Shown piece by piece: positions 9,980 to 19,320 of a DNA stretch of 32,000 nucleotides. Numbering within the stretch: the stretch's first letter is position 1; each line of letters begins with the position of its first letter. Made by a program: the position numbers and the translations under genes. Source of the DNA: Citrobacter phage Tr1; the sequence record OR515479.1; one strand, 5' to 3'. Below the pieces are notes generated by a model. It saw only the letters and a list, made by a program, of their open reading frames with translations. It had not been told where the DNA came from and searched no databases.

Positions 9980-10459
9980 TTAGGTAATAGTTAGTGAAGT
10001 GATTGAGTTTAGAGCACTGAAACCTAAACCTACTTCTGAACGAGCTAGGGTTGCGTCTTTAAGACCAATAACCCACTGGCTGTTCTGGATAGTCTCACTT
10101 ACGTTGTCGTCTGGTTGAGTTTGAATCCAACCGATAGTTGCAAGTGAATAACCCATTGGATCTTCCATATACACAGGGAACGCTACTTGACGAGTAGAGT
10201 ACATTTGCTGTGCATAAGCTGAAAGAACATCGTTAGCTGGGGAAGTACGTTGCAGAGACATAGTTAGCGTACCCAGACGGTTACGGCTCAATGCCAGAGA
10301 AACGTCACCATCAGTACCAGCATACGGGTTGATGATATCGTTAGTTTTGCTGATTACGATTTTAGTGTCAGAAGCGAAGCCCCACGGTTCCCATCCACCT
10401 AAAGACAGAACAACCTGAGAAGGATCGTAGGCGAATACGCCTGTAAGCATTTTATCCAA
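9980..10459 (-). CDS. tail tube protein (DUF3277-like)
   Basis: 159 aa. MLTGVFAYDPSQVVLSLGGWEPWGFASDTKIVISK, immediately after the sheath gene. Confidence 0.8.
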   Translation of the reverse strand: MDKMLTGVFAYDPSQVVLSLGGWEPWGFASDTKIVISKTNDIINPYAGTDGDVSLALSRNRLGTLTMSLQRTSPANDVLSAYAQQMYSTRQVAFPVYMEDPMGYSLATIGWIQTQPDDNVSETIQNSQWVIGLKDATLARSEVGLGFSALNSITSLTIT

Positions 10460-10523
10460 AGTGGATCTCCTTAGAGTTTAAAAGAGCGGAGCCTTGACTC
10501 CGCTTTCTATTTAGGTTACGCTA

Positions 10524-11903
10524 TTATCCACGTGAACGAGTGCGGTTCGTTAGAACGTTCACACGTACTTTCACATAGTGGAAGAACCCAGCGTATACGT
10601 ACTCAATAACCATGCCTTCGATCAGACGTTCGTTGATCTGCTGGTCAGTCATATCAGCACGTGATGGGATGTAAACAATCGGTTTCAGGCTTACACGCAT
10701 TCCGCTGTCTTCGGAGGTTACGATCTCGTTAGAGATAGAACCGTTGTCGATACCAACTTGGATTGGGTTAGACAGAACAGCTTGACGAACAAGAGCCAGG
10801 CCAGCAGTTGTTGCACGAACACCACCACCAAGCATAGATTGCTGTTTGAACAGAGTGAACAGAGATTCTTCAACGCGGGCTTTGAACCACAGGGCGTGGA
10901 TAACATAGTCAGCGAAGAATCCGTTAACCATACGTCCATCACGGTAGAACAGGCTTCCGTGTTCTTTACGGTAGATGTTACCGTTTTGCTGAACGATGTA
11001 GTTCTCTGCGGTTTGTCCCAGACGTTCCAGTTCAACACCAATCAACGTTTTACCGTGGAGAGTAGTTGTACCAGGTTGAGCAGAGCAGATTGAACCTACA
11101 ACAGCAGCCTCTGGGAAGGTGCTATCAGCAGAGGTCATCCATAGAGCCATGCAAGTGTTTTGGTAGCCAAGATCACCAAGACGCTCAAGGATATTATCCA
11201 TTGTTTTGTTAGCGACTTTAGGATCTGCACTTGAGAAGAAGTACACTTTATCGTGCTCTTGAACGTATGCTGCAACGTCCAGTACGTCTTGATCTTTGTG
11301 AGAGTCAGACAGTACGTAGAACCAACCACCCTCTTTATCAGAGATGTTTGTCAGGTCTTCTACGATTGGGTTAGCCAGTTCTTGAGAATAGGTAAAACCA
11401 GTTGTAGTGATTGAACCAAACTTACCAGCTACCGGAACAAACACGACAGTTGACGGAGTGTTAGAAACACTGTAGATTGATCCAAACTCTGGATCGGCAG
11501 CAATCATTTCAGCCAAACCAGTTACGATTTCCTGAGCAGTTGCTGTGTCGTCAGAGATGAAACGGAAGTCTTTGCTTCTGCTTCCAGACTTAATGTTGAT
11601 TACATATAAACCGTGATCTTTGACAACCGGAGTAACGACGATGCGAGTTAGCTCACGTCTTCCTACGATAATCTGATCTGGTGCAAATAAACCGTTGAAC
11701 AAACCCTGTGCCATAATATAAGCTGGATCACTTGAACTGAATCCTGCTGTTAGCATAGCGTCTGTAGAGGTGTAGAAATCTACCAGATTCCCAGTGACGT
11801 TGTGTCCAGTTAAAACTAGAGGAATGTCGAACTGAGTTTCAGTAATAGTAGTTGCGCCGTAAACAAGAGTTACGTCAACCACATTTTCACGAAAAGTTGC
11901 CAT
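10524..11903 (-). CDS. tail sheath protein (DUF3383-like)
   Basis: 459 aa. NVVDVTLVYGATTITETQFDIPLVLT...GMVIEYVYAGFFHYVKVRVNVL, paired with the tube gene. Confidence 0.85.
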   Translation of the reverse strand: MATFRENVVDVTLVYGATTITETQFDIPLVLTGHNVTGNLVDFYTSTDAMLTAGFSSSDPAYIMAQGLFNGLFAPDQIIVGRRELTRIVVTPVVKDHGLYVINIKSGSRSKDFRFISDDTATAQEIVTGLAEMIAADPEFGSIYSVSNTPSTVVFVPVAGKFGSITTTGFTYSQELANPIVEDLTNISDKEGGWFYVLSDSHKDQDVLDVAAYVQEHDKVYFFSSADPKVANKTMDNILERLGDLGYQNTCMALWMTSADSTFPEAAVVGSICSAQPGTTTLHGKTLIGVELERLGQTAENYIVQQNGNIYRKEHGSLFYRDGRMVNGFFADYVIHALWFKARVEESLFTLFKQQSMLGGGVRATTAGLALVRQAVLSNPIQVGIDNGSISNEIVTSEDSGMRVSLKPIVYIPSRADMTDQQINERLIEGMVIEYVYAGFFHYVKVRVNVLTNRTRSRG

Positions 11904-11923
11904 TTATGCTCCTATTAGAAACT

Positions 11924-12592
11924 TTATTCCGATTGGTTATCCTTGGGGATATAATTGATTAATGATTTGTCATCTTGGAAGAAATAGTAAATCTTCGTAG
12001 GATCTGGAGGGACCACCACATAAGTTCTACCAGATTTCAATACCAGAGGATTTGAATCATCATAACTTTCTCTGAATGAGTGAATCTCCATATTTATCTT
12101 TTCGATTGGTGTCGTAGGAATATCCTGGACAGTCATACGAGAGTTAAACGTTAGGATCATTCTGGCTCTAGATTCAGTTTTATCTCCATCCAGGACAGTG
12201 TTGGCTTGGGCTACATTGGTAGCTGACAAAAAGCCGATCCCCTTGGAATAAAGATACTGGTATTTAAGTTCCTGCGATCCACGTAATGTGGCAAGAACAT
12301 AACTCAGAAGAGTCATAGGTCGTCCACGATAAGCCATAAGTTCAACATCGTACTTGTGATCCATCGTATAAGAAAACATATCGTTCTCTAAAGAGTGCAG
12401 TTGTGACCACCCGCCAGAATCATCTGACGAGGCAATACGGATTGCTAAATATGGTCCGTTAGGTTTGATGAATGGTTTGTCCATGACATACACATTTAAA
12501 CCTGTAATACGCTTGAGGTATAATGCAATGTTGTTTAACAGGGCATTCTCATACGCTTCGATTTGTTGATAGATATTAGCCAAAGTTTCCAC
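11924..12592 (-). CDS. tail terminator / neck protein candidate
   Basis: 222 aa in the head-tail connector region. IYQQIEAYENALLNNIALYLKRITGLNVYVMDKPFIKPNGPYLAIRI. Confidence 0.5.
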   Translation of the reverse strand: METLANIYQQIEAYENALLNNIALYLKRITGLNVYVMDKPFIKPNGPYLAIRIASSDDSGGWSQLHSLENDMFSYTMDHKYDVELMAYRGRPMTLLSYVLATLRGSQELKYQYLYSKGIGFLSATNVAQANTVLDGDKTESRARMILTFNSRMTVQDIPTTPIEKINMEIHSFRESYDDSNPLVLKSGRTYVVVPPDPTKIYYFFQDDKSLINYIPKDNQSE

Positions 12593-12992
12593 CCTCTTGA
12601 TCGTAAGTCCAGGTGTTATTTTGAGTGTCCAATATCGCTACACAGTGTTGGTGAATAAGGAAAGATGTTCTTGTCCAATCTTTATGGGCGTAAATGGAAT
12701 ACCATTTGCCGTCTATTAATATTTGGTCAGGAAGTTGGTCTGAGCCTTCTTCGATGCTTCTGACTTCTGTGCGAGTCCAGAAACTATATTGAGCCTTAGA
12801 TCTATATCCATCAGGGAGAGCCTGGAGAGTCTTACCCGAAATCGGTTGTAAGCTTGAAGATTCAATAACGAAGTCTTCATACAGGATTGTATTTCCCATG
12901 TTGGCGATTGGCGAATCAGGATCTTGGACGTAAGTTCTTCTACGTGCCTGATACGTTGTAAGATCAAGGAGAGTAAACTCGTTAAGTAACAT
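12576..12992 (-). CDS. head-tail connector region protein
   Basis: 138 aa, position only (neck region). Confidence 0.4.
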   Translation of the reverse strand: MLLNEFTLLDLTTYQARRRTYVQDPDSPIANMGNTILYEDFVIESSSLQPISGKTLQALPDGYRSKAQYSFWTRTEVRSIEEGSDQLPDQILIDGKWYSIYAHKDWTRTSFLIHQHCVAILDTQNNTWTYDQEGGNFG

Positions 12993-13035
12993 TCGTGTCT
13001 CCTTTTAGTATACATCAAAAACAGAAATATTGCAA

Positions 13036-13494
13036 CTATTTTTTGGAACGTCTACGTACTGTCTTCGCTTCGAGTGCGTTTATCAAGTATGCAGTGTCGA
13101 TTAAAATGTGCGTTGAGTAGTTTCCTCTATCACGTCTAATCTTCAATGTAACCGGAGATAGAGGTCTGTAGCGTTGTAAGGCAATAGCTTTTGCAATACC
13201 TTCCATAGCCAACTTCTCTAATGGCTCGAATGCTTTTAATCCAGCACCACGTAGTAAATAACTATCAAATACCCTGATCATCGCTTTCGGTATTTCCTTA
13301 CTTGCATGTAATGCACCATCGGTTAGGAAAGGACGAGCAGGGATATTATTTGTTTCGTTACCAAACTGCTGAATAGCAGCAATAGCTGGAATAGTGAGAT
13401 CTGATTCTGGATGTTGTTTAGCAGTTAAGTATCCTGCCTCCACTTCGATATTCTCAAGAGCAAGCATCTTTTTAACTAGCTCATCCCAAGACAT
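13036..13494 (-). CDS. head-tail completion protein (HK97 gp10 / Mu gpG-like)
   Basis: IQQFGNETNNIPARPFLTDGALHASKEI...ALQRYRPLSPVTLKIRR. Likely start MSWDELVKK at 13494, after a GGAGAAGAT ribosome-binding site; the track start is 13524. Confidence 0.6.
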   Translation of the reverse strand: MSWDELVKKMLALENIEVEAGYLTAKQHPESDLTIPAIAAIQQFGNETNNIPARPFLTDGALHASKEIPKAMIRVFDSYLLRGAGLKAFEPLEKLAMEGIAKAIALQRYRPLSPVTLKIRRDRGNYSTHILIDTAYLINALEAKTVRRRSKK

Positions 13495-13523
13495 ATCTTC
13501 TCCACGTTTGATCTCACTTTTCA

Positions 13524-14072
13524 TTAATGGCTGTCTCTTCGATATTTAACGAGGACACCTGAATTACCATATTGTGAGTTTCGTGTATTACGATCCACAC
13601 TGGCAACTCCACCGAGTCCGTTAACAGAGTTTGGATTACTATTGACACGTTCGATTTCACGAGCATCAACACCACCAATCAGAACCTTAGAAGTAGCTCC
13701 ACGTCCCGCAGTACATCCTGGAATAATCATACTTCCATTCAAATACCCGTTGTAGATATTTTCCCAAGGGGATTGGTATTCAGTTTGACCTGTGCTGTAA
13801 ACAACTTCAACCTGAACTTCACCAACTTTCTCTTTACGTGAAAGAGCACCACCTGTTTGACTGCCATGTTTTAGCATGTCAGTGTTCCACAAATATTCAA
13901 GAACAGATATTAAACTGTTCCATAACACTGCACATTTATTCGAATCATCATCACCAAGAATATCAATCCACGTTTGAATGATTTGTTCTAGCATTGCATC
14001 TGGTAGTTGTTCCTGTGTTGGGTTAAATACCAGAATACGAATCATCGGTGCAAGTTCAGAAGCTATCAGCAT
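13524..14072 (-). CDS. neck/head-tail adaptor protein, unassigned
   Basis: 182 aa, position only. Confidence 0.35.
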   Translation of the reverse strand: MLIASELAPMIRILVFNPTQEQLPDAMLEQIIQTWIDILGDDDSNKCAVLWNSLISVLEYLWNTDMLKHGSQTGGALSRKEKVGEVQVEVVYSTGQTEYQSPWENIYNGYLNGSMIIPGCTAGRGATSKVLIGGVDAREIERVNSNPNSVNGLGGVASVDRNTRNSQYGNSGVLVKYRRDSH

Positions 14073-14084
14073 TGGAGGCTCCTA

Positions 14085-14435
14085 TTATTTTTTAACGCGT
14101 TGAGATCTTTTCTTAGCCGGAGTGTCTACTTCTTTAACTTCCAGTTTTTCTTGTTCTGGAGCAGAAACAGGAGCATAATCTTCGTAGCTAATCAGGTAGT
14201 AACCAAGATGTTCTTCACTAGCGAAAGGAACTACTTTAATACCTGTCTCTTCTTTGATACGCTGTAAGAAGTGGATAATATTTCCACCCAGGGCTACACG
14301 ACCATCAGAGGTGTAGAAAGACAGAGGTGGTGCTTTGGTAAGAGTAGCGTCTACGTCGATTACCGGAGATAGAGCACCGAAGTCCACGATCATATCGTAG
14401 TAACTGAAATAAGTTTTTAATACTGGGTTTGACAT
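14085..14435 (-). CDS. small neck/head completion protein, unassigned
   Basis: 116 aa, position only. Confidence 0.35.
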   Translation of the reverse strand: MSNPVLKTYFSYYDMIVDFGALSPVIDVDATLTKAPPLSFYTSDGRVALGGNIIHFLQRIKEETGIKVVPFASEEHLGYYLISYEDYAPVSAPEQEKLEVKEVDTPAKKRSQRVKK

Positions 14436-14468
14436 TTAGAGTCTCCTCATTTATAATCCAGACATAAC

Positions 14469-14497
14469 AAAAAAGGCTCGCCCATCTCGGACGAGCC
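14469..14497 (-). terminator. terminator after major capsid gene
   Basis: Minus strand GGCTCG-TCCGAGATGGG-CGAGCC-TTTTTT. Confidence 0.85.
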
Positions 14498-14518
14498 TCT
14501 ATTCAGACTTGTTGCCTA

Positions 14519-15523
14519 TTAAGCAGTAGTCAGTTTAACTACCAGTTCAGGACGTAGGTTAACTGCCAGCAGAGAGAACTCTGACTGTAGTTCAACGGTA
14601 CGATGCTGAGAGATCATGAACGTATACAGTTCACGAGCCTGGGTGTTAGCCAGTTCTGGAGTATCAGCAGGTGCGTAGTGCAACTGGAACATATCTGGAA
14701 TACCCATTGGCAGAACATAAGCTTCGTTAGCTGGGATGTTGCCATGGATATCTTCAATGTAGGTTACGCCGTTCCATTCGAATACTTGAACGTCAGCATC
14801 ACCGGAGATACGGTCACGCAGAAGGTTCGGAGTACCTTGGAAGTTCTGGTAAGCTAAACGAACGAATGGTGAGTTCACCAGGTTTGCAAAGAACTCGCGA
14901 GAGCACAGAGCAACGATACGGGTGATTACAGAACCATCTTGTTTGTTGTCGATGATGTGAGCACGAGCCTGAGCTTCGATGGTAGCCGCTGGAGAAACAG
15001 TAGTAGATGCGAAATCTACAGGTACTGATTTCTGGGTTTGACCCCAAACGGTATACCAGTTATAAGCTGAGTTCACGGACCCGCCAGCACCAGCATATGC
15101 ACGACCCATCAGGGCTTCTGCATAAATCTTTTCTTTGGTCTTCGCTACGTCACGCAGGATTTGAGTCATGTAACGGTTAACAACTTCTGCTTCGGTACGA
15201 AGAGAGTCATTGATACCAGCCATTGCAAAGCTACGGAAAGACTGAATGTCTTGCGCTTTAATGTTCTTATCCAGTGGGAAGAATGGAATACGGAACACTT
15301 TAACGTCCGGCTGTGCCATGGTTAGGAAGTTACGCTCACCACCACGTTCACGAGCAGAAATCAGACCGTCTCCACCCTTTTGCTTACCAATCTCAATCGC
15401 AGTGGTTGAGTGCATGGTAACGTCGCCAAATAAACCTAGGCGAGAGATCAGGGTATCAGGGGAATCCTGTAGCTCGATCATTGGGCTGAAATCAACAACC
15501 TGATCTAAAATAATTGCTGCCAT
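14519..15523 (-). CDS. major capsid protein
   Basis: 334 aa. AIILDQVVDFSPMIELQDSPDTLISRLGLFGD...FMISQHRTVELQSEFSLLAVNLRPELVVKLT. Flanked by decoration protein and terminator. Confidence 0.85.
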   Translation of the reverse strand: MAAIILDQVVDFSPMIELQDSPDTLISRLGLFGDVTMHSTTAIEIGKQKGGDGLISARERGGERNFLTMAQPDVKVFRIPFFPLDKNIKAQDIQSFRSFAMAGINDSLRTEAEVVNRYMTQILRDVAKTKEKIYAEALMGRAYAGAGGSVNSAYNWYTVWGQTQKSVPVDFASTTVSPAATIEAQARAHIIDNKQDGSVITRIVALCSREFFANLVNSPFVRLAYQNFQGTPNLLRDRISGDADVQVFEWNGVTYIEDIHGNIPANEAYVLPMGIPDMFQLHYAPADTPELANTQARELYTFMISQHRTVELQSEFSLLAVNLRPELVVKLTTA

Positions 15524-15544
15524 GTAATAAATCTCCTGTTAAAA

Positions 15545-15937
15545 TTAAGAAGTGAAAACGACTTTTTCAGTCAGTTTCAGACCTTTTGCTTCCAGAGCAG
15601 CCACACCAGCATCGTCAATCGCTGTTCCGTTGCTGTAGAATACAGCGAAGCGGTTCAGAGTCAGATCACGAACACCAACAACAGCAGTGAAAGTTTCGCC
15701 AACTGGAACATCGTCCAGACCTAGCAGTGCGTCAGTCCACAGCAGAACTTTAACAGCGTCAGCAGCAGCAGCAGCTTCGGTGTTGTCAGCTTTCAGGACA
15801 GAACCAATCTTCATGGTTGCAGTCTTAACTAGGTTAACGTCACGGACGCAGTGGCCTAGGTCAGATGCAAATACTCCACCCAGAACAAGGTGTCCGAATT
15901 CCTGGCGGTAGTTAGATAATGAAATTACGTTTGCCAT
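15545..15937 (-). CDS. head decoration protein
   Basis: 130 aa. GSVLKADNTEAAAAADAVKVLLWTDALLGLDDVPVGETFTAVVGVRD, upstream of the capsid gene. Confidence 0.7.
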   Translation of the reverse strand: MANVISLSNYRQEFGHLVLGGVFASDLGHCVRDVNLVKTATMKIGSVLKADNTEAAAAADAVKVLLWTDALLGLDDVPVGETFTAVVGVRDLTLNRFAVFYSNGTAIDDAGVAALEAKGLKLTEKVVFTS

Positions 15938-15955
15938 TAATGAAATCTCCTTAGA

Positions 15956-17074
15956 TTACTTCTGGGCTTTTTTAAGTTGAGCAGCTTTCAGACGAATCAT
16001 GTCAGAAGCAGTTTTAGCGACTTCTTCTTGGTTCTGAACATCAGCACCAATCTCTTGTCCAAACTCTTTCTTAACAGCTTCAACGTCATCACTTGCTTTG
16101 GTAAATGCAGCTACGATAGTTTCAGCAACTTCTTTGTTTTCAATCAGGTGCTTAACTAGAGCTTCTACTTTATCTTCTTCTACGTAACCGTAGGATTTGA
16201 TAACAGCAGTGTAATCTTCTTCAATGCGAGCTTGTTCGGCTTTACGCAGTTCTTCTGCGGCAGCGTTAGCTTTATCGATTTCAATCTGAGCAGCAGCTTC
16301 GGCTTCTGCTTTAGCGTCTGCGGCAGCTTTAGCTACAGCTTCTGTAACCTGAGCTTTCATAAGTTCTTTGAACTCATCAGAAGCTAGGAAGTCAGCCTTG
16401 TTAATAGTATCCAAAGGGTTATCTCCTTTTTGTATATCGGTTGTGTTTGCAGATGAAGTATCTGCTGGATGATCCTCTGCAATCACAGAGTCTTTATTAG
16501 CACGAGCATCTTGTGCTTTTGCTAGATAATCTTTTACATGGTCAAACTTGATTGCACTCTTAACCAAACCTGATAAGGCTTCGTCAATTGCATTATCAAA
16601 GAAATCTATCGAAATAAGAACGTCACCATCAACGACTCTATAATCTGTAGTTTGAACTACCGGATTAGCCACATCACTAGTAACTTCAACTAGGAAGTCA
16701 TTAATAGTAAAGTTAGCTGAGAATAATCCGTAATCAGAACAGAAAATAACAATGCCGCTGTCAAAGTCAGCGTCTACTACGTGAACCCAATCCCAACCGG
16801 ATTCAAACTTAGCACGAACAGCATCACCAAGGGCTTGCATTAACTGGTTCATATAAGTCTTACGTAGTTCTGTAACGTCTTCGCCCATTTTCTCAAGCGC
16901 TTCGAGTTTCTCGAAACTTACTTGTGGACCGTCGCCAGATTTAAAAAGAAGGGGGGTATTATAACCGGAAGCAGCACCACCTTGGAAATCGAAGGTATAT
17001 GCGATGTGTGCTCCACAAGAGTCTTCTGTAGCTTTACCCGAAAAGTCTACATCTCTTAAATATGTATTTGCCAC
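15956..17074 (-). CDS. capsid scaffold protein
   Basis: 372 aa. Ala/Glu/Lys-rich coiled-coil half (AVAKAAADAKAEAEAAAQIEIDKANAAAEELRKAEQARIEEDY) between protease and decoration genes. Confidence 0.65.
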   Translation of the reverse strand: MANTYLRDVDFSGKATEDSCGAHIAYTFDFQGGAASGYNTPLLFKSGDGPQVSFEKLEALEKMGEDVTELRKTYMNQLMQALGDAVRAKFESGWDWVHVVDADFDSGIVIFCSDYGLFSANFTINDFLVEVTSDVANPVVQTTDYRVVDGDVLISIDFFDNAIDEALSGLVKSAIKFDHVKDYLAKAQDARANKDSVIAEDHPADTSSANTTDIQKGDNPLDTINKADFLASDEFKELMKAQVTEAVAKAAADAKAEAEAAAQIEIDKANAAAEELRKAEQARIEEDYTAVIKSYGYVEEDKVEALVKHLIENKEVAETIVAAFTKASDDVEAVKKEFGQEIGADVQNQEEVAKTASDMIRLKAAQLKKAQK

Positions 17075-17079
17075 GTTTA

Positions 17080-17559
17080 TTAATCCTTAGTCTCTTTTCT
17101 ACCGAGAGCACCAATGCTCAGACCTTGAAGTTTACCTTCTTTACGTGCCTGATATAAGTCTTCATCGTAGAACTGTATTTTAACTAGTGGTGTACCCTCA
17201 ACAACGAGTTCATCACCAATATAACAATCCACTTCGTTAACCCATGCTTTGACAGGCTTAAACTTCTCGGTGTTCTTGATGTGACCTAAGTTTCCACTAA
17301 CGTTGGAAATATTTGCGTTGAAGTTGTCAACCATTTTTCTGATATCCATTTCCGACATACGTTCGCCGTGAAGGTCATCTTGTTCTGGTGGACAGTACAT
17401 CACCTCAATCACTTGCATTTGCTCTTCATCAAACTTATTCTGTTTTATGAGAGTTACAGGTGCTGGTGTTTCTTCTTGGACAGGATCTTGTTGAGCGGGT
17501 TTCCCAAGAGCAGTACATGCTTTGAAAAAGTCCCAAAGGCTGTCTTTATCGAATTCCAT
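17080..17559 (-). CDS. XkdF-like prohead protease
   Basis: 159 aa. VIEVMYCPPEQDDLHGERMSEMDIRKMVDNFNAN...NLGHIKN...LQGLSIGA, characteristic of XkdF-type prohead proteases. Confidence 0.65.
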   Translation of the reverse strand: MEFDKDSLWDFFKACTALGKPAQQDPVQEETPAPVTLIKQNKFDEEQMQVIEVMYCPPEQDDLHGERMSEMDIRKMVDNFNANISNVSGNLGHIKNTEKFKPVKAWVNEVDCYIGDELVVEGTPLVKIQFYDEDLYQARKEGKLQGLSIGALGRKETKD

Positions 17560-17652
17560 ATGAATCTCCTAAAAACAAATATCCCATAAATCTTAGTTTA
17601 CAGGATAAATGCTTATTTGTCAATACCCAAATCAAAAATAATCTAAATATTT

Positions 17653-19221
17653 TTAATTTGATAAGTTTGCGGCAGAAGTATCCGTCGCAGACACCGATGT
17701 AGACGTACCGTTACCAGTACCTGTAGCCATTCCGTCACCTGCTCTAGAACTCTTCTCTGGGAAGAAGTCAAGAACATATTGTTTGAACTTGGCAGGATCA
17801 GCAACAATCTCATCTGGGATACGATACTTGAATCCCAGACGTTCCAGGAACTCATTCACAACTTCTGGGGTTAATGGTACTGCCCCTGCTGCTACGATCT
17901 GCTGGATTGCTTTCGCGTTTACTTCGATATCAGGATCACCAATATCACCGCTAACGAAATATGGCATATCTTCTTCTGAAAGATAGATACCATTAAGACG
18001 TAATGCTTGAGGAATCACTTGCGTATTGATTGCTTCTACGATAAGATCCACATCACGTTCGATAAAGTGGGATAGTAATGTCTGTTTGTTGTCGGATAAT
18101 GCAAAGCTTCCTGCATCTCCATCACCCATAATAAGAACGCCAGCACCGAATCTGTTAAAGATATCAAGTTTACGTTGCTTTATTAGAGCCTGTGTGTCAA
18201 ACTGTTTACCACTACCTTCCACACCCTGGAAGACCAGATCGTACTGACGCATCACTGTCCCTTCGTAAACATCAGAAGGTAATACCATGTACGACTGCTC
18301 ACCTGCGTGAAGGTTAGCAATGTTTGCCTGGAGAACACGAAGAGATTGTGCTTCATCACCCTCTGGGTTTAATGAGGCGCGGTTCAGGATATCACTTGGG
18401 ACCATTAATACTGGCATACCTCCAAGGTCTTTTGAAACGCCGACAACTTCGTATTCTTGAATGAGAGACTTCTCTCTCCAACTTCTATATACTGCCAGAA
18501 GAGGACTAACTCCTAGTGGATTGTTCTCGGTAATATTACTACCAACGAAGAACACTTTCTCCATAGGGATCTGCTTGCGTCCCAGTAGTGCAGTGTTTGT
18601 TCCTGCTGCTACCATGACGTTAGTAATGTTTTGGTTTACCGCAAGTATGGTGCGACCATCAGCAGAATAAGTGAAAGGCTCTGCTGTATCAATTGTATCT
18701 TGTGGTCTAAATGCCAACTTAGTAAGACGGTAATAGCCGTAGTACGGACTCTTTGGATCTTCGTCAAGTTCGAATACCTTTTCAGCAAAAGCAAATCCAT
18801 ATTGCTTATAGGTTAACAGTGAACGCACATACTGTCGTAATGGTGAGTTCATGTTGCGTAACATATACTCAATAAACTTTGCAGCTTTTCTTGACTTAGG
18901 TGAGTTAATGTTGTACTTTATCTTGAAATCAAAAAACGCTCTATCTACAAAGATGAAAGTAGCATCAAGCGCAGTAGCTACATCTGGATCTTCACCCATT
19001 TCTTTGTATGTTCTTAGATTCTCTGGGAAGCGGGTTTCATATGGTTGCATGAAGTTGGTAAACGCTTTAATAGAGTTTAGCCCGATAGTTCCAATCTCAG
19101 GTGACAAGAGTAAACTTTTCTCTTGTGCTGCTGTTTTAGTTGGAGACAATGCAGCTTTGTCAACGTTACCTTTGCCGTTCCAGTAATCCGATCTTTTAGT
19201 GTACTGACGTTTCTGAGCCAC
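17653..19221 (-). CDS. portal protein (DUF935/Mu gp29-like)
   Basis: 522 aa. DPDVATALDATFIFVDRAFFDFKI...VLIMGDGDAGSFALSDNKQTLLSHFIERDVDLIVEAINTQVIPQAL. Confidence 0.85.
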   Translation of the reverse strand: MAQKRQYTKRSDYWNGKGNVDKAALSPTKTAAQEKSLLLSPEIGTIGLNSIKAFTNFMQPYETRFPENLRTYKEMGEDPDVATALDATFIFVDRAFFDFKIKYNINSPKSRKAAKFIEYMLRNMNSPLRQYVRSLLTYKQYGFAFAEKVFELDEDPKSPYYGYYRLTKLAFRPQDTIDTAEPFTYSADGRTILAVNQNITNVMVAAGTNTALLGRKQIPMEKVFFVGSNITENNPLGVSPLLAVYRSWREKSLIQEYEVVGVSKDLGGMPVLMVPSDILNRASLNPEGDEAQSLRVLQANIANLHAGEQSYMVLPSDVYEGTVMRQYDLVFQGVEGSGKQFDTQALIKQRKLDIFNRFGAGVLIMGDGDAGSFALSDNKQTLLSHFIERDVDLIVEAINTQVIPQALRLNGIYLSEEDMPYFVSGDIGDPDIEVNAKAIQQIVAAGAVPLTPEVVNEFLERLGFKYRIPDEIVADPAKFKQYVLDFFPEKSSRAGDGMATGTGNGTSTSVSATDTSAANLSN

Positions 19222-19320
19222 TTATAAACCTCCGAATAGGGCTGGACAAATGACACTGCCCCAACGAAGGGGCAGATGTATAAAGTTACTTTAACATACT
19301 TTCATAACTTTTGTCAAGTG

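Noticed and set aside
19256-19275. Strong stem CTGCCCC/GGGGCAG between TerL and portal genes as a terminator
   Set aside because: No U tract follows on the minus strand, so I do not call it a terminator; it may be an mRNA stability or processing hairpin.
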